A stretch of 64,000 nucleotides of DNA from contig JACOYB010000006.1 of NCBI GenBank assembly GCA_016182085.1, positions 2,015 to 66,014 on the forward strand, given 5' to 3'. Below are positions 1 to 8,330 of this stretch, piece by piece. The stretch comes from Candidatus Magasanikiibacteriota bacterium. GTDB lineage: Bacteria > Patescibacteriota > Patescibacteriia > Magasanikbacterales > GWA2-37-8. The translations under genes and the position numbers were made by a program. Position 1 is the first letter of the stretch, and each line of letters opens with the position of its first letter. The notes beneath the pieces are model-generated. The model was not told the origin of the DNA. It was given only the letters and a program-made list of their open reading frames with translations, and did not search any database.

Positions 1-1
1 T

Positions 2-103
2 GGTACGCAAACCATGATCTGGGCGGTGATTGGCGTGGCACTGGTCTTGGGAAGCTATATACTGCTGTCCACCTTCTTAAATTTTTTAACTAGGAATGGC
101 TAA
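2..103 (+). CDS. T4SS-pilin-like protein, C-terminal fragment (5' end lies outside window)
   Basis: Frame 2 reads ...GTQTMIWAVIGVALVLGSYILLSTFLNFLTRNG*, a hydrophobic C-terminal helix like those of the downstream paralogs. Confidence 0.4.
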   Translation, partial: GTQTMIWAVIGVALVLGSYILLSTFLNFLTRNG

Positions 104-177
104 AAAGGTATGGTATACTATTTTTATAAATTGTTACGATATATGACCATTCTTTCTTACGGAAAGGGGGTGAAAAT

Positions 178-561
178 ATGATGAAATTGAAACAAGTGTT
201 TGCCATGTTAGGTGTGTTTGCCATGTTGGCCCCGGCCGTAGTAATGGCTCAGACTCCGGATGTAACCCCAAATGATTTGGGAATTCAATACGGAGAAGCC
301 ACAGGTTTGGGAAGCAAAGATATCCGCGTTACCGTAGCCAGTATTATTCGTACAGCTATGGGACTTCTCGGTATCGTAGCCGTGGTAATCATTCTTATCG
401 GTGGTTTTAAATGGATGACCGCTGGTGGAAATGACGAACAAACAGGTGAAGCCAAGCAATGGATATTTTCCGGTATTATCGGTTTGGCCATTATCTTGTC
501 TGCCTACGCTTTGGCAACGTACGTTGTCAGCAGTTTGGTGGCAGCTACTACAGGACCATAA
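178..561 (+). CDS. TrbC/VirB2-like type IV secretion pilin-family protein (CPR T4SS_pilin-like), paralog 1
   Basis: Strong SD (GGGGGTG) before the ATG. Signal peptide, long hydrophobic segment and KWMTAGGNDEQTGEAK motif shared by all paralogs, then a second TM helix. Confidence 0.7.
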   Translation: MMKLKQVFAMLGVFAMLAPAVVMAQTPDVTPNDLGIQYGEATGLGSKDIRVTVASIIRTAMGLLGIVAVVIILIGGFKWMTAGGNDEQTGEAKQWIFSGIIGLAIILSAYALATYVVSSLVAATTGP

Positions 562-649
562 TTATTATAATTATACAGAGAAAAAACGCGCTTGTTTTGT
601 TAATACTAACCAAGCAAGCGCGATTTCTCTGGGTTAAAGGCCGTTAATT

Positions 650-786
650 GTCATTCTGATCAGAGCGAAGAATCCCTCTTCACTGTCATTCCCGCCCGAG
701 AGCGGGAATCCAGTCGACAATTGTCTGGATTCCCAATCAAGTTGGGAATGACAGACAAAAATCCTTCGTTACACTGAGGATGACAA
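650..786. repeat. Palindromic repeat cluster, GTCATTCCC..GGGAATCCAG family (copy R1, intergenic)
   Basis: Units gtcattcccgcccgagagcgggaatccag and ctggattcccaatcaagttgggaatgacag plus flanking degenerate units. Same family at 30908, 32971, 35011, 50144, 53502. Confidence 0.8.
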
Positions 787-814
787 AATAAATTGTCTTA
801 AAAGCGGTATTGAT

Positions 815-1339
815 ATGTCACTGAAAAAAATATTTTTACTTGTAGCGGTAATCGGAGTAGTGTTGCCGGTTTTTGTGTTTGCCGATGAGTTTGGTTTGCA
901 GGATGCTGCGCCCCCTGGATTAATCGGTAGCGGCTCCAATGTAAATTCCAGTCAAGCGCTCCCTGAGCTTATTGGTACGATTGTTGGCACAGTGCTTTCA
1001 TTTGTTGGGGCCATATTTTTCCTCCTTATTTTATATGCCGGTCTTTTATGGATGATCGCTTTTGGCAACAGTGAACGAGTAGATAGAGCTAAAAGCATTG
1101 TGGAACATGCGGCCATAGGTCTTATTATTGTGCTTGCGGCTTACGCAATATCCAGGTTTGTCTTTGGTGCCTTAACAAGTACCGACAATAATGCCCCGGC
1201 ACCGACGGCGGCTACAGTAAATTGTCCGTTTATTACGGAGGCAGTTGAATGTAATAATCAATACGATAATGAAACCAGCGTTCCTTTATGTAGATGGGTA
1301 GGGACAGTACAAAATGGTAATTGTGAAAGGAATATTTAA
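815..1339 (+). CDS. T4SS pilin-like protein, paralog 2 (Cys-containing C-terminal tail)
   Basis: Signal peptide, LWMIAFGNSERVDRAKS motif, second TM helix, C-terminal tail with 4 Cys. Confidence 0.7.
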   Translation: MSLKKIFLLVAVIGVVLPVFVFADEFGLQDAAPPGLIGSGSNVNSSQALPELIGTIVGTVLSFVGAIFFLLILYAGLLWMIAFGNSERVDRAKSIVEHAAIGLIIVLAAYAISRFVFGALTSTDNNAPAPTAATVNCPFITEAVECNNQYDNETSVPLCRWVGTVQNGNCERNI

Positions 1340-1353
1340 ATTTAAAATAGCGT

Positions 1354-1884
1354 ATGAAAAAATTTATTTTAACAGCTGCTATAGCCTTAACCATGATGCT
1401 ACCCGTATTTGTCTCGGCCCAGGGGTTACAAGACGCCGGTAAAATTTTAGGCAATATCGGCGGTGAAAGCGGTGAACGACTTGGCGTTTCCGGAGATTTG
1501 GCCACCAGTATAGCCACCGTAATTAAAGCTGTGTTAGCGCTTGTAGGTACTATATTTCTGGTCCTGACCATTTACGCGGGTATAATGTGGATGACCGCTC
1601 AAGGGAACGAAGAAACGGTGACAAAAGCCATGGGAGTTTTAAAAGCTGCGGTAATAGGTTTGGTAATTGTGATGTCCGCATATGCTGTTACTGCTTTTGT
1701 TACCAGCAGGTTGGGAAACCTTTCCGGAAACAACTCCTCTTCATCTCAAACACAAATAACCTGCTCAAGTTTTACAGACCAATCCGGATGTTTGGCGCCG
1801 CGAGATGCCAGCGGCAATTTTGTATGTGCCTGGTCCGTAAGCGCGCAGACAGGACAGACAAGCTGTGAGACAAACACTCAATAA
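1354..1884 (+). CDS. T4SS pilin-like protein, paralog 3 (Cys-containing C-terminal tail)
   Basis: IMWMTAQGNEETVTKA motif. Tail ITCSSF..GCLAP..VCAW..SCETNTQ. Confidence 0.7.
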   Translation: MKKFILTAAIALTMMLPVFVSAQGLQDAGKILGNIGGESGERLGVSGDLATSIATVIKAVLALVGTIFLVLTIYAGIMWMTAQGNEETVTKAMGVLKAAVIGLVIVMSAYAVTAFVTSRLGNLSGNNSSSSQTQITCSSFTDQSGCLAPRDASGNFVCAWSVSAQTGQTSCETNTQ

Positions 1885-1885
1885 T

Positions 1886-2254
1886 ATGAAAAAATATTTA
1901 CTAGTTTCATTATTGGCCTTAAGCTTTCTTTTTGTACCGGCTACCTCTATTTTGGCTCAAACTGATCTTTCTCAAGATATCGCAAACAAAAGCGGTTATG
2001 GACAAGCGGGAGCCTCAACTCTTTCAGAAACTGCGGGTAAAATTATTAAAGCTGTGTTAGGAGTTTTAGGCGTACTATTTCTTGCCCTTACCGTGTACGC
2101 CGGATTTTTATGGATGACCGCGGCCGGCAATGATGAACAGATAACAAAAGCCATGGGGATTTTAAAAACTGCAATTATAGGTTTGGTTATTATTTTAGTT
2201 TCCTATAGTCTTACGTATTTTATTTTAGGCGAAGTATTTAAAGCTACGATGTAA
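1886..2254 (+). CDS. T4SS pilin-like protein, paralog 4
   Basis: Internal start MKKYLLVSLLALSF (signal peptide). The ORF-track start at 1865 overlaps the previous gene. FLWMTAAGNDEQITKA motif. Confidence 0.7.
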   Translation: MKKYLLVSLLALSFLFVPATSILAQTDLSQDIANKSGYGQAGASTLSETAGKIIKAVLGVLGVLFLALTVYAGFLWMTAAGNDEQITKAMGILKTAIIGLVIILVSYSLTYFILGEVFKATM

Positions 2255-2265
2255 ATAATCATAAT

Positions 2266-2748
2266 ATGAAAAAAATATTTACGCTGGCATTTTTTCTTAC
2301 CTCTATATTCTGTGTTCTATATTCTACACCGGTAGGCGCCCAATCTTCAGGCTCAAATCCTCGCCAAGATGCCTTTGATCAATTACGCGCTGCCGGCGGT
2401 TCAAGCGGGGCAGATTTTAATAATCCTAACAATCCTACCGATCCGCGTACACTGGCAGCTAGAATTATTAGTATAGTACTTGGAATAATTGGCACGATAT
2501 TTCTCGCGCTCATTGTCTATGCCGGATTTTTATGGATGACCGCGGCCGGCAATGATGAACAGATAAGCAAGGCCAAGGGTTTATTATATAATGGTGCGAT
2601 CGGCCTGGCAGTAATTTTAGCAGCCTATTCTATTACTTATTTTGTTACGGAAGCCCTTGTAACAGGTACAACCGGAGGAAATTATCAGGGCCAAAATTTT
2701 AATGATTATTGTGTGCAAAATCCATTAGACCCAAATTGCGCGCAATAG
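2266..2748 (+). CDS. T4SS pilin-like protein, paralog 5
   Basis: FLWMTAAGNDEQISKA motif. C-terminal DYCVQNPLDPNCAQ. Confidence 0.7.
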   Translation: MKKIFTLAFFLTSIFCVLYSTPVGAQSSGSNPRQDAFDQLRAAGGSSGADFNNPNNPTDPRTLAARIISIVLGIIGTIFLALIVYAGFLWMTAAGNDEQISKAKGLLYNGAIGLAVILAAYSITYFVTEALVTGTTGGNYQGQNFNDYCVQNPLDPNCAQ

Positions 2749-2757
2749 AAGTGCTGA

Positions 2758-3846
2758 TCAATTTTTAAAAACATGTTCCAAAATAATCTTACTCGGATCA
2801 GGGTAAGATTTTTTGTGTATCATATCGGGTTTAGAAAGTACGAGTTCTATCTTACTCGCCAAATCATCGCTTGAGTGTGCCTGCATGCCATACTGGTTTT
2901 TTTCCAAATATGCCGTATTATAATCTTCTTGTCCGGGAATCGGATTGATAATAATAATTGGCTTTTGCAAAAATAACGCTTCAGAAATGGTGAGTCCGCC
3001 GGCCTTGCTTATAATCACATCGGCAATTCTCATAAGTTCATCTATATTTTCAACATTTTTGAGTAGGATAAAGTTATGCCGCCCACTCGGCCTTAACTCG
3101 CTTAATTTATTAAATGTTTTTTCATTATTTTTTCCGGAAATCGCGATAATATTGAGAGGCCGGTTAAAATTATGGCTAAAAATATGTCGTACCGCCTGCT
3201 CCGGCTTTATATTTCCGCCAGAAACCGGCATTAGTAATATAATAGGCCAATTATTATGAATATTAAATTTGGTTCTTAACTCTTGAGTATTTTTTTCTTC
3301 AAAGAAGCTGGGGTGAATGGGAATGCCGCTAGCCACAGAGTTGATACCGATTTTTGCTAAATCATTTTTTACTTCTTCCGTGGGTACGAATAAGTTTTTA
3401 TTTTTTGGGGAGAGCCAAATTTTATGAGCATAGTAATCGGTTACTACCGCAGCAATAGGAGTGGTATTTTTTTTAGGCAAAATAAATTGAGGTAAGTAGT
3501 GAGTGGAAATTATAAGGTCTGCCTGGTAATCATGTATCTGTTTTATAAATTTTCTGCTTCCTATAGCTATAATTGGGGCCAGGATTTTGAATAGTTTTTG
3601 CACAAACCAATGATCCGTTACATGATAGACAATTTTATAAGATAAGGGGATCAATTTAGAAAAAAAACTATAAAAAGACACTACATATATGTAGGCGATG
3701 CTGTCCAAATGGTTGGCCATATCAAGATGGACTATTTGGGTATCCGGGTAAAGTTTTTCGCAGGTAAGCCGAAGCGCTTCAGCGGCCCGAAAATGCCCGG
3801 ATCCGGTGGAGCACGATACAATAAGTATCTTTTTACCTTCTGGCAT
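2758..3846 (-). CDS. GT28-family glycosyltransferase (MGDG synthase / UgtP-like diacylglycerol glycosyltransferase)
   Basis: N-terminal ILIVSCSTGSGHFRAAEAL and C-terminal GT28 Rossmann half (ISKAGGLTISEAL). Confidence 0.65.
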   Translation of the reverse strand: MPEGKKILIVSCSTGSGHFRAAEALRLTCEKLYPDTQIVHLDMANHLDSIAYIYVVSFYSFFSKLIPLSYKIVYHVTDHWFVQKLFKILAPIIAIGSRKFIKQIHDYQADLIISTHYLPQFILPKKNTTPIAAVVTDYYAHKIWLSPKNKNLFVPTEEVKNDLAKIGINSVASGIPIHPSFFEEKNTQELRTKFNIHNNWPIILLMPVSGGNIKPEQAVRHIFSHNFNRPLNIIAISGKNNEKTFNKLSELRPSGRHNFILLKNVENIDELMRIADVIISKAGGLTISEALFLQKPIIIINPIPGQEDYNTAYLEKNQYGMQAHSSDDLASKIELVLSKPDMIHKKSYPDPSKIILEHVFKN

Positions 3847-3862
3847 ACCTTAACTTTTAATT

Positions 3863-3938
3863 TGGGGTGGCCTACGGGAGTTGAACCCGTGTTGCGAGAT
3901 CCACAATCTCACGTAATAACCGTTATACCAAGGCCACC
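3863..3938 (-). tRNA. tRNA-His(GTG), CCA encoded, with G-1
   Basis: Manual cloverleaf: 8-bp acceptor G-1:C73, anticodon loop TTGTGGA, T-arm ACGGG/TTCAACT/CCCGT. Confidence 0.85.
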
Positions 3939-3953
3939 ATCTATTTCCCTTGT

Positions 3954-3989
3954 GTTCCCAGTAGGAATCGAACCTACACATCCAGCTTA
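3954..3989 (-). pseudogene. Displaced 3' half of a tRNA-Arg(TCT)-like gene (anticodon-stem 3' strand through acceptor, acceptor TGGGAAC)
   Basis: Identical to the intact tRNA-Arg 3' half from GCTGG onward except the acceptor. Pairs with the 5' fragment at 4103-4140 (GTTCCCA). Confidence 0.6.
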
Positions 3990-4102
3990 CCCGCCCGCCT
4001 GACTCGTCTAGTGACCCCAGTAGGAATCGAACCTACACATCCAGCTTAGAAGGCTAGTGTCCTATCCATTAAACGATGGAGTCAACAGGCGAGTCGGGCG
4101 GG
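3990..4102 (-). other. Inverted-repeat-bounded cassette carrying the intact tRNA-Arg(TCT), inserted in the anticodon loop of an older tRNA-Arg copy
   Basis: Minus-strand read: CCCGCCCGACTCGCCT ... tRNA ... AGACGAGTCAGGCGGGCGGG, imperfect 13-17 bp IRs. Confidence 0.55.
4012..4083 (-). tRNA. tRNA-Arg(TCT)
   Basis: Manual fold: acceptor GACTCCA/TGGGGTC, anticodon stem CTAGC/GCTGG, loop CTTCTAA, T-arm GTAGG/TTCGATT/CCTAC. No CCA encoded. Confidence 0.8.
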
Positions 4103-4140
4103 GAAGGCCCCTATTATATATTAGATTAAACGATGGGAAC
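4103..4140 (-). pseudogene. 5' fragment of interrupted tRNA-Arg(TCT)-like gene (copy B, degenerate D-arm)
   Basis: GTTCCCATCGTTTAAT...GGGGCCTTC ends at anticodon-loop position 35 where the cassette begins. Confidence 0.55.
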
Positions 4141-4204
4141 AGTTTAAATAGTATTAATTTATGTGCAGAGCTTATGCGCTCCAGACGCACCCGCCTTGGG
4201 CGGG

Positions 4205-4239
4205 GAAGGCTGGTGTTTTATCCACTGAACTATGAGGAC
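4205..4239 (-). pseudogene. 5' half of a third tRNA-Arg(TCT)-like gene (copy A), ending in the anticodon loop
   Basis: GTCCTCATAGTTCAGTGGATAAAACACCAGCCTTC then CCCGCCCAAGGCGGG hairpin. No matching 3' half nearby. Confidence 0.5.
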
Positions 4240-4311
4240 GAAAAAAGCAAAACTATTCTACCTTATTTTTACAGATAAATCAAGGTATGGTACAATTATC
4301 ACTATAATACA

Positions 4312-4671
4312 GTGATTATAGTTATGGTTAGAAAATTTTTTTTGGTTTTTATATTTTTCTTCGCGCTTTTTAGCATGGCAGCTCCGGTTGCGGCTCAATT
4401 TGGATTGCAAGCAACGGCGAACAAGGCCCAATACGGAGAAACTAATATTTATTCTGTAATCAGCACGGTAATTAGCATGGTACTCTCATTTACCGGTATA
4501 GTTTTTTTGGCCGTTATGTTTTATGCCGGACTCCGCTGGATGACTGCTCGTGGGAATGAAGAATTCGCTACTAAAGCCAAAGATGCCATGTTTGCCGCGG
4601 TTATCGGTTTTATCCTGGTAGTAGCTGCCTATGGAATTTCTACCTTTGTCTTTAACAATCTTCTAAAATAG
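4312..4671 (+). CDS. T4SS pilin-like protein, paralog 6
   Basis: LRWMTARGNEEFATKA motif, two hydrophobic segments. Start may be M5 at 4324. Confidence 0.7.
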   Translation: MIIVMVRKFFLVFIFFFALFSMAAPVAAQFGLQATANKAQYGETNIYSVISTVISMVLSFTGIVFLAVMFYAGLRWMTARGNEEFATKAKDAMFAAVIGFILVVAAYGISTFVFNNLLK

Positions 4672-4866
4672 ACGCTGTATAGCTTGGCTTCTGCGGGGTT
4701 GACCCCATTAAATGTCGCTCTGCGACACCGCCTTGGGCGGATTTAACAAGGGTTGACTTTTTTTGAGTTTTGGGATAAGCTTACAGGCGTATTTAATAAA
4801 CTCCATTTTTGGGGGCGGACTGCCAAGAAACATACTCCTGGCTAGCTCGTTAAGCAACATTTTTGT

Positions 4867-5229
4867 ATGCTAGATAAAAAGAAAAAACAACAGATAATCA
4901 AGAAGTTCCAGTTACACGAGGGTGACACCGGTTCCAACGAAGTTCAGATTGCCATTTTAGCAGCTGAAATTGAGGAACTTGCGGGTCATTTGAAAACCCA
5001 CGCCAAAGACCATTCTTCTCGCCGAGGTTTGCTTCGCAAGGTAAGCAGCCGCCGCAACTTGATGCGTTATTTGAAAAAAGAAAACCCAAAGAGTTACGAA
5101 GAATTGGTGAAAAAACTTAAAATCAAGCCGGCCAAAGTAATCTCCAAACCGGATGGTTCTACCGTGGAAGTTGAAGATGATTTGAGCGACGAAGATTTAA
5201 TGAAGCAAAACCATGAGTCAGGTAATTAA
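4867..5229 (+). CDS. rpsO: 30S ribosomal protein S15 (with C-terminal acidic extension)
   Basis: [53 protein letters not shown] is the S15 core. Precedes pnp. Confidence 0.9.
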   Translation: MLDKKKKQQIIKKFQLHEGDTGSNEVQIAILAAEIEELAGHLKTHAKDHSSRRGLLRKVSSRRNLMRYLKKENPKSYEELVKKLKIKPAKVISKPDGSTVEVEDDLSDEDLMKQNHESGN

Positions 5230-5788
5230 TAAAAAAAGAAACACGCTTAAACACCCCGACCAGAGAGTAGGGGTGTTTATTGATGTGCAGAATATGTATT
5301 ACAGCGCCAAAAATTTATTTGGCGCCAAAGTTAATTTTGGCAATATCGTAAAAGAAGCCACCGCCGGCCGAAAACTTATCCGCGCGATTGCCTATGTGGT
5401 CAGCACCGAAAGCAAGGAAGAGCAGCCGTTTTTTGATGCCTTGTACAATTTAGGCATAGAAACCAAAGACAAACCACTGCAAATTTTCTTAGGCGGCGAA
5501 AAAAAAGCCGACTGGGATGTGGGGCTAGCTGTAGATGCCATTAGATTTTCTTCCAACTTAGACGCTATAGTTTTAGTAAGCGGTGATGGCGACTATGTGC
5601 CGCTCGTAGATTATTTAAGAGGCCAAGGCAAACAAGTGGAAGTAATGTCATTTGGCGGCACAGCTTCGGGAAAGCTTATAGAAGAAGCCGATGATTTTAT
5701 AGACTTGAGTCAGGACAAAGCAAAGTTTCTAATTGCGGACAAAAGATACGCCGCAAAGAAACCGATATATCCGCCTAAAAAAATTTAA
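5213..5788 (+). CDS. NYN-domain (LabA/DUF88-like) putative ribonuclease
   Basis: [12 protein letters not shown] ... [14 protein letters not shown] motifs of NYN/LabA domain. Confidence 0.7.
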   Translation: MSQVINKKRNTLKHPDQRVGVFIDVQNMYYSAKNLFGAKVNFGNIVKEATAGRKLIRAIAYVVSTESKEEQPFFDALYNLGIETKDKPLQIFLGGEKKADWDVGLAVDAIRFSSNLDAIVLVSGDGDYVPLVDYLRGQGKQVEVMSFGGTASGKLIEEADDFIDLSQDKAKFLIADKRYAAKKPIYPPKKI

Positions 5789-5923
5789 TAATTTAATGAA
5801 GTTGGTTTGAGGACACATAGACCATATTTGGTCTGTAGCTCTCAAATCATCTTCCGCCCGCCTTTGCTTAAGCTTCGGCGCGGCAAGAAAGTCCCGGAGG
5901 TAAACCCTTTGGGGAAATATAAT

Positions 5924-8140
5924 ATGTCAGTAAAAAATTGGTCCATGGAATGGGGGGGAAGAACTCTCTCTGTGGAAACAGGTAAGTTGGCTTTACAGGC
6001 CAATGCTTCTTGTATGGTAAGTTATGGCGACACAGTCTTTTTGGCTACTGCCACCATGAGCAAAAACACTCGCGACGGTATAGATTTTCTTCCACTCATG
6101 GTGAACTTTGAAGAAAAGTTATATGCCGCCGGTAAAATCAAAGGCAGCCGCTTTATCAAGCGCGAAGGCCGACCAAGCGACGATGCTATTTTATCCGGCC
6201 GGCTAGTAGACAGAGCTATTCGTCCTCTTTTCAATGATAGTTTACGCAACGATATACAGGTAATTCTAACTGCTCTATCTTTTGACGGAGAAGTTGACTC
6301 GCAAATTCCGGCAATGGTAGCTGCGTCAATCGCGCTATCTATTTCTTCTATTCCTTGGAAAGGTCCTATCGGCGGCGTGCGCGTAGGATCTGTAGACGGA
6401 AAGTGGAAAATAAACCCAACCATTACCGAAAGACAAACTAGCAATGTAGATATTGTGGTAGCCGGCACTCCGGAAAAAGTAATTATGGTAGAAGCGGCTT
6501 GTAAAGAAACTCCGGAAAACGATGTAATAGAAGCGATGCAGTTTGGCGCCAAAGAGATGGCCCCGCTTTTGGATTTTATAAACAAAATTCAAGCCGAAGC
6601 AGGCCAGCCAAAAATGGCGGCTGCCGAAACCGAAAGCGAAGCAGAAATCGCTTTGCAAAAAGCGGAAAAAGAAGCCGACGAGTTGGTGGCTAGCCATGTG
6701 CAAGATTGGATTTTTGATTCAGCTAAGGTAGACAGAAAAGAACGAGTAGCGCTGATCAATAAATTTAGCGATGCCATAAAACAAATGCTGGTAGAAAAAG
6801 AAACCGACGAAACCGTCATGAAAATTGTTTTGGGCCGCGTAAAAATTTATGTAGAAAAATATATTACCGAACAAATCCTGAAAAATAACCAGCGTTTGGA
6901 TGGCCGCAGTATTACCGATGTGCGCGCGCTTAGCGCCGAAGTTGGGTTGCTTCCCCGCACTCACGGTACAGGTATGTTTATGCGCGGCGACACCCAAGTA
7001 TTATCTGTAGTTACTCTTGGCGCTCCCGGCGATGTACAAACTGTAGATACTATGGAAGAAGACGGCACCAAACGCTATATGCATCACTATAGCGACACCC
7101 CAGCCACCTATGGCGAAACCGGCCCACTTCGCGGACCAGGCAACCGAGCTATTGGTCATGGAGCGCTAGCCGAAAGAGCTTTGGAATCTATGCTTCCTGC
7201 CGAAACTGATTTCCCTTACGCAATGAGAGTAGTATCCGAAGTTCTTGGTTCAAACGGCTCTAGTTCCATGGCTTCTGTTTGCGGTTCTACCTTGGCTCTT
7301 ATGGATGCCGGCGTACCGATCAAGAAACCGGTAGCCGGTATTGCGATGGGTCTGGCTAGTGACAAAAGTGGTAACTGGAAAGTTATTACCGACCTACAAG
7401 ATGTAGAAGACGGTCCGGGCGGCATGGATTTCAAGATCGCCGGCACCGCCGATGGAGTAACTGCAATCCAGATGGATACCAAAACCGAAGGTTTAAATTG
7501 GGAAATTGTAAAACAAACATTCTCTCAATCCAAAGAAGCCAGGGTTAAAATTTTGGGCTTCATGAGCAATATTATTTCCGCGCCTCGCGCAGACTTATCC
7601 AAATACGCGCCTCGCATTGTAACAATAAATATCAATCCGGATAAAATCCGTGATGTGATCGGCCCGGGCGGTAAGATGATCAACAAAATCATCGCCGAAA
7701 CCGGCGTATCTATTGATATAGAAGATGACGGACGTGTGTTTGTTACTTCTTCCGATGCAGTTGGCATGGAAAAAGCCGTGCAATGGGTCAAAGAATTAAC
7801 CCATGAAGTAACTGCCGGAGAAATTTATGAAGGCACAGTCGTGCGCATAGAAGATTTTGGCGCGTTTGTACAGGTGCTCCCGGGTCAAGATGGACTCGTA
7901 CATGTTAGTGAAATAGCATGGACACGCACCAATAGTCCCGGAGATGTGTTGAATCTGGGTGATAAGGTAAAAGTGGTTGTAAAGGAAATAGACAGCATGG
8001 GCCGCATTAATTTAAGCATGAAGCAATTATCGCCAAAACCGGAAGGCTATGTAGATCAGCCAAGATTTGAAAGACCGCCGCGCAGTGGAGGTGGACATGG
8101 TGGAAGCAGAGGCGGACATGGCGGCGGCAGAGGAAGATAA
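5924..8140 (+). CDS. pnp: Polyribonucleotide nucleotidyltransferase (PNPase) with Gly/Arg-rich C-terminal tail
   Basis: Two RNase PH domains, KH and S1 domains by motif. Start set at MSVKNW (the ORF-track start at 5807 is an upstream extension). Confidence 0.9.
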   Translation: MSVKNWSMEWGGRTLSVETGKLALQANASCMVSYGDTVFLATATMSKNTRDGIDFLPLMVNFEEKLYAAGKIKGSRFIKREGRPSDDAILSGRLVDRAIRPLFNDSLRNDIQVILTALSFDGEVDSQIPAMVAASIALSISSIPWKGPIGGVRVGSVDGKWKINPTITERQTSNVDIVVAGTPEKVIMVEAACKETPENDVIEAMQFGAKEMAPLLDFINKIQAEAGQPKMAAAETESEAEIALQKAEKEADELVASHVQDWIFDSAKVDRKERVALINKFSDAIKQMLVEKETDETVMKIVLGRVKIYVEKYITEQILKNNQRLDGRSITDVRALSAEVGLLPRTHGTGMFMRGDTQVLSVVTLGAPGDVQTVDTMEEDGTKRYMHHYSDTPATYGETGPLRGPGNRAIGHGALAERALESMLPAETDFPYAMRVVSEVLGSNGSSSMASVCGSTLALMDAGVPIKKPVAGIAMGLASDKSGNWKVITDLQDVEDGPGGMDFKIAGTADGVTAIQMDTKTEGLNWEIVKQTFSQSKEARVKILGFMSNIISAPRADLSKYAPRIVTININPDKIRDVIGPGGKMINKIIAETGVSIDIEDDGRVFVTSSDAVGMEKAVQWVKELTHEVTAGEIYEGTVVRIEDFGAFVQVLPGQDGLVHVSEIAWTRTNSPGDVLNLGDKVKVVVKEIDSMGRINLSMKQLSPKPEGYVDQPRFERPPRSGGGHGGSRGGHGGGRGR

Positions 8141-8154
8141 GCTAATAAATAAAA

Positions 8155-8192
8155 AAACAATCCCGACTTCGCGGGGTTGTTTTTTTTTATTT
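8155..8192 (+). terminator. Rho-independent terminator after pnp
   Basis: caatcccgacttcgcggggttg hairpin followed by T9. Confidence 0.7.
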
Positions 8193-8246
8193 TCTATGGT
8201 ATCAATAATACTCGTCCAGCTTCGCTTTGGCGGGGGTGGAAACTGT

Positions 8247-8330
8247 AGCCGCGGTGGTGAAATTGGTAGACACGCCAGCCTTAGGAGCTGGTTCTCGCAA
8301 GGGAATGAGAGTTCGAGTCTCTCCCGCGGC
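8247..8330 (+). tRNA. tRNA-Leu(TAG), type II
   Basis: Acceptor GCCGCGG/CCGCGGC, anticodon stem CCAGC/GCTGG, loop CTTAGGA, long variable arm, T-arm GAGAG/TTCGAGT/CTCTC. Confidence 0.85.

Noticed and set aside
3709-4278. ORFs 3709..4002, 4057..4278 and 24840..25025, with YPLN-containing peptides
   Set aside because: Translations across tRNA genes or fragments (the D-arm gives YPLN). These are not proteins.
5807-5923. Upstream extension of the pnp ORF (the ORF-track start at 5807)
   Set aside because: The conserved PNPase N-terminus begins at MSVKNW (5924). The extension overlaps the intergenic region after the NYN gene and has no homology.
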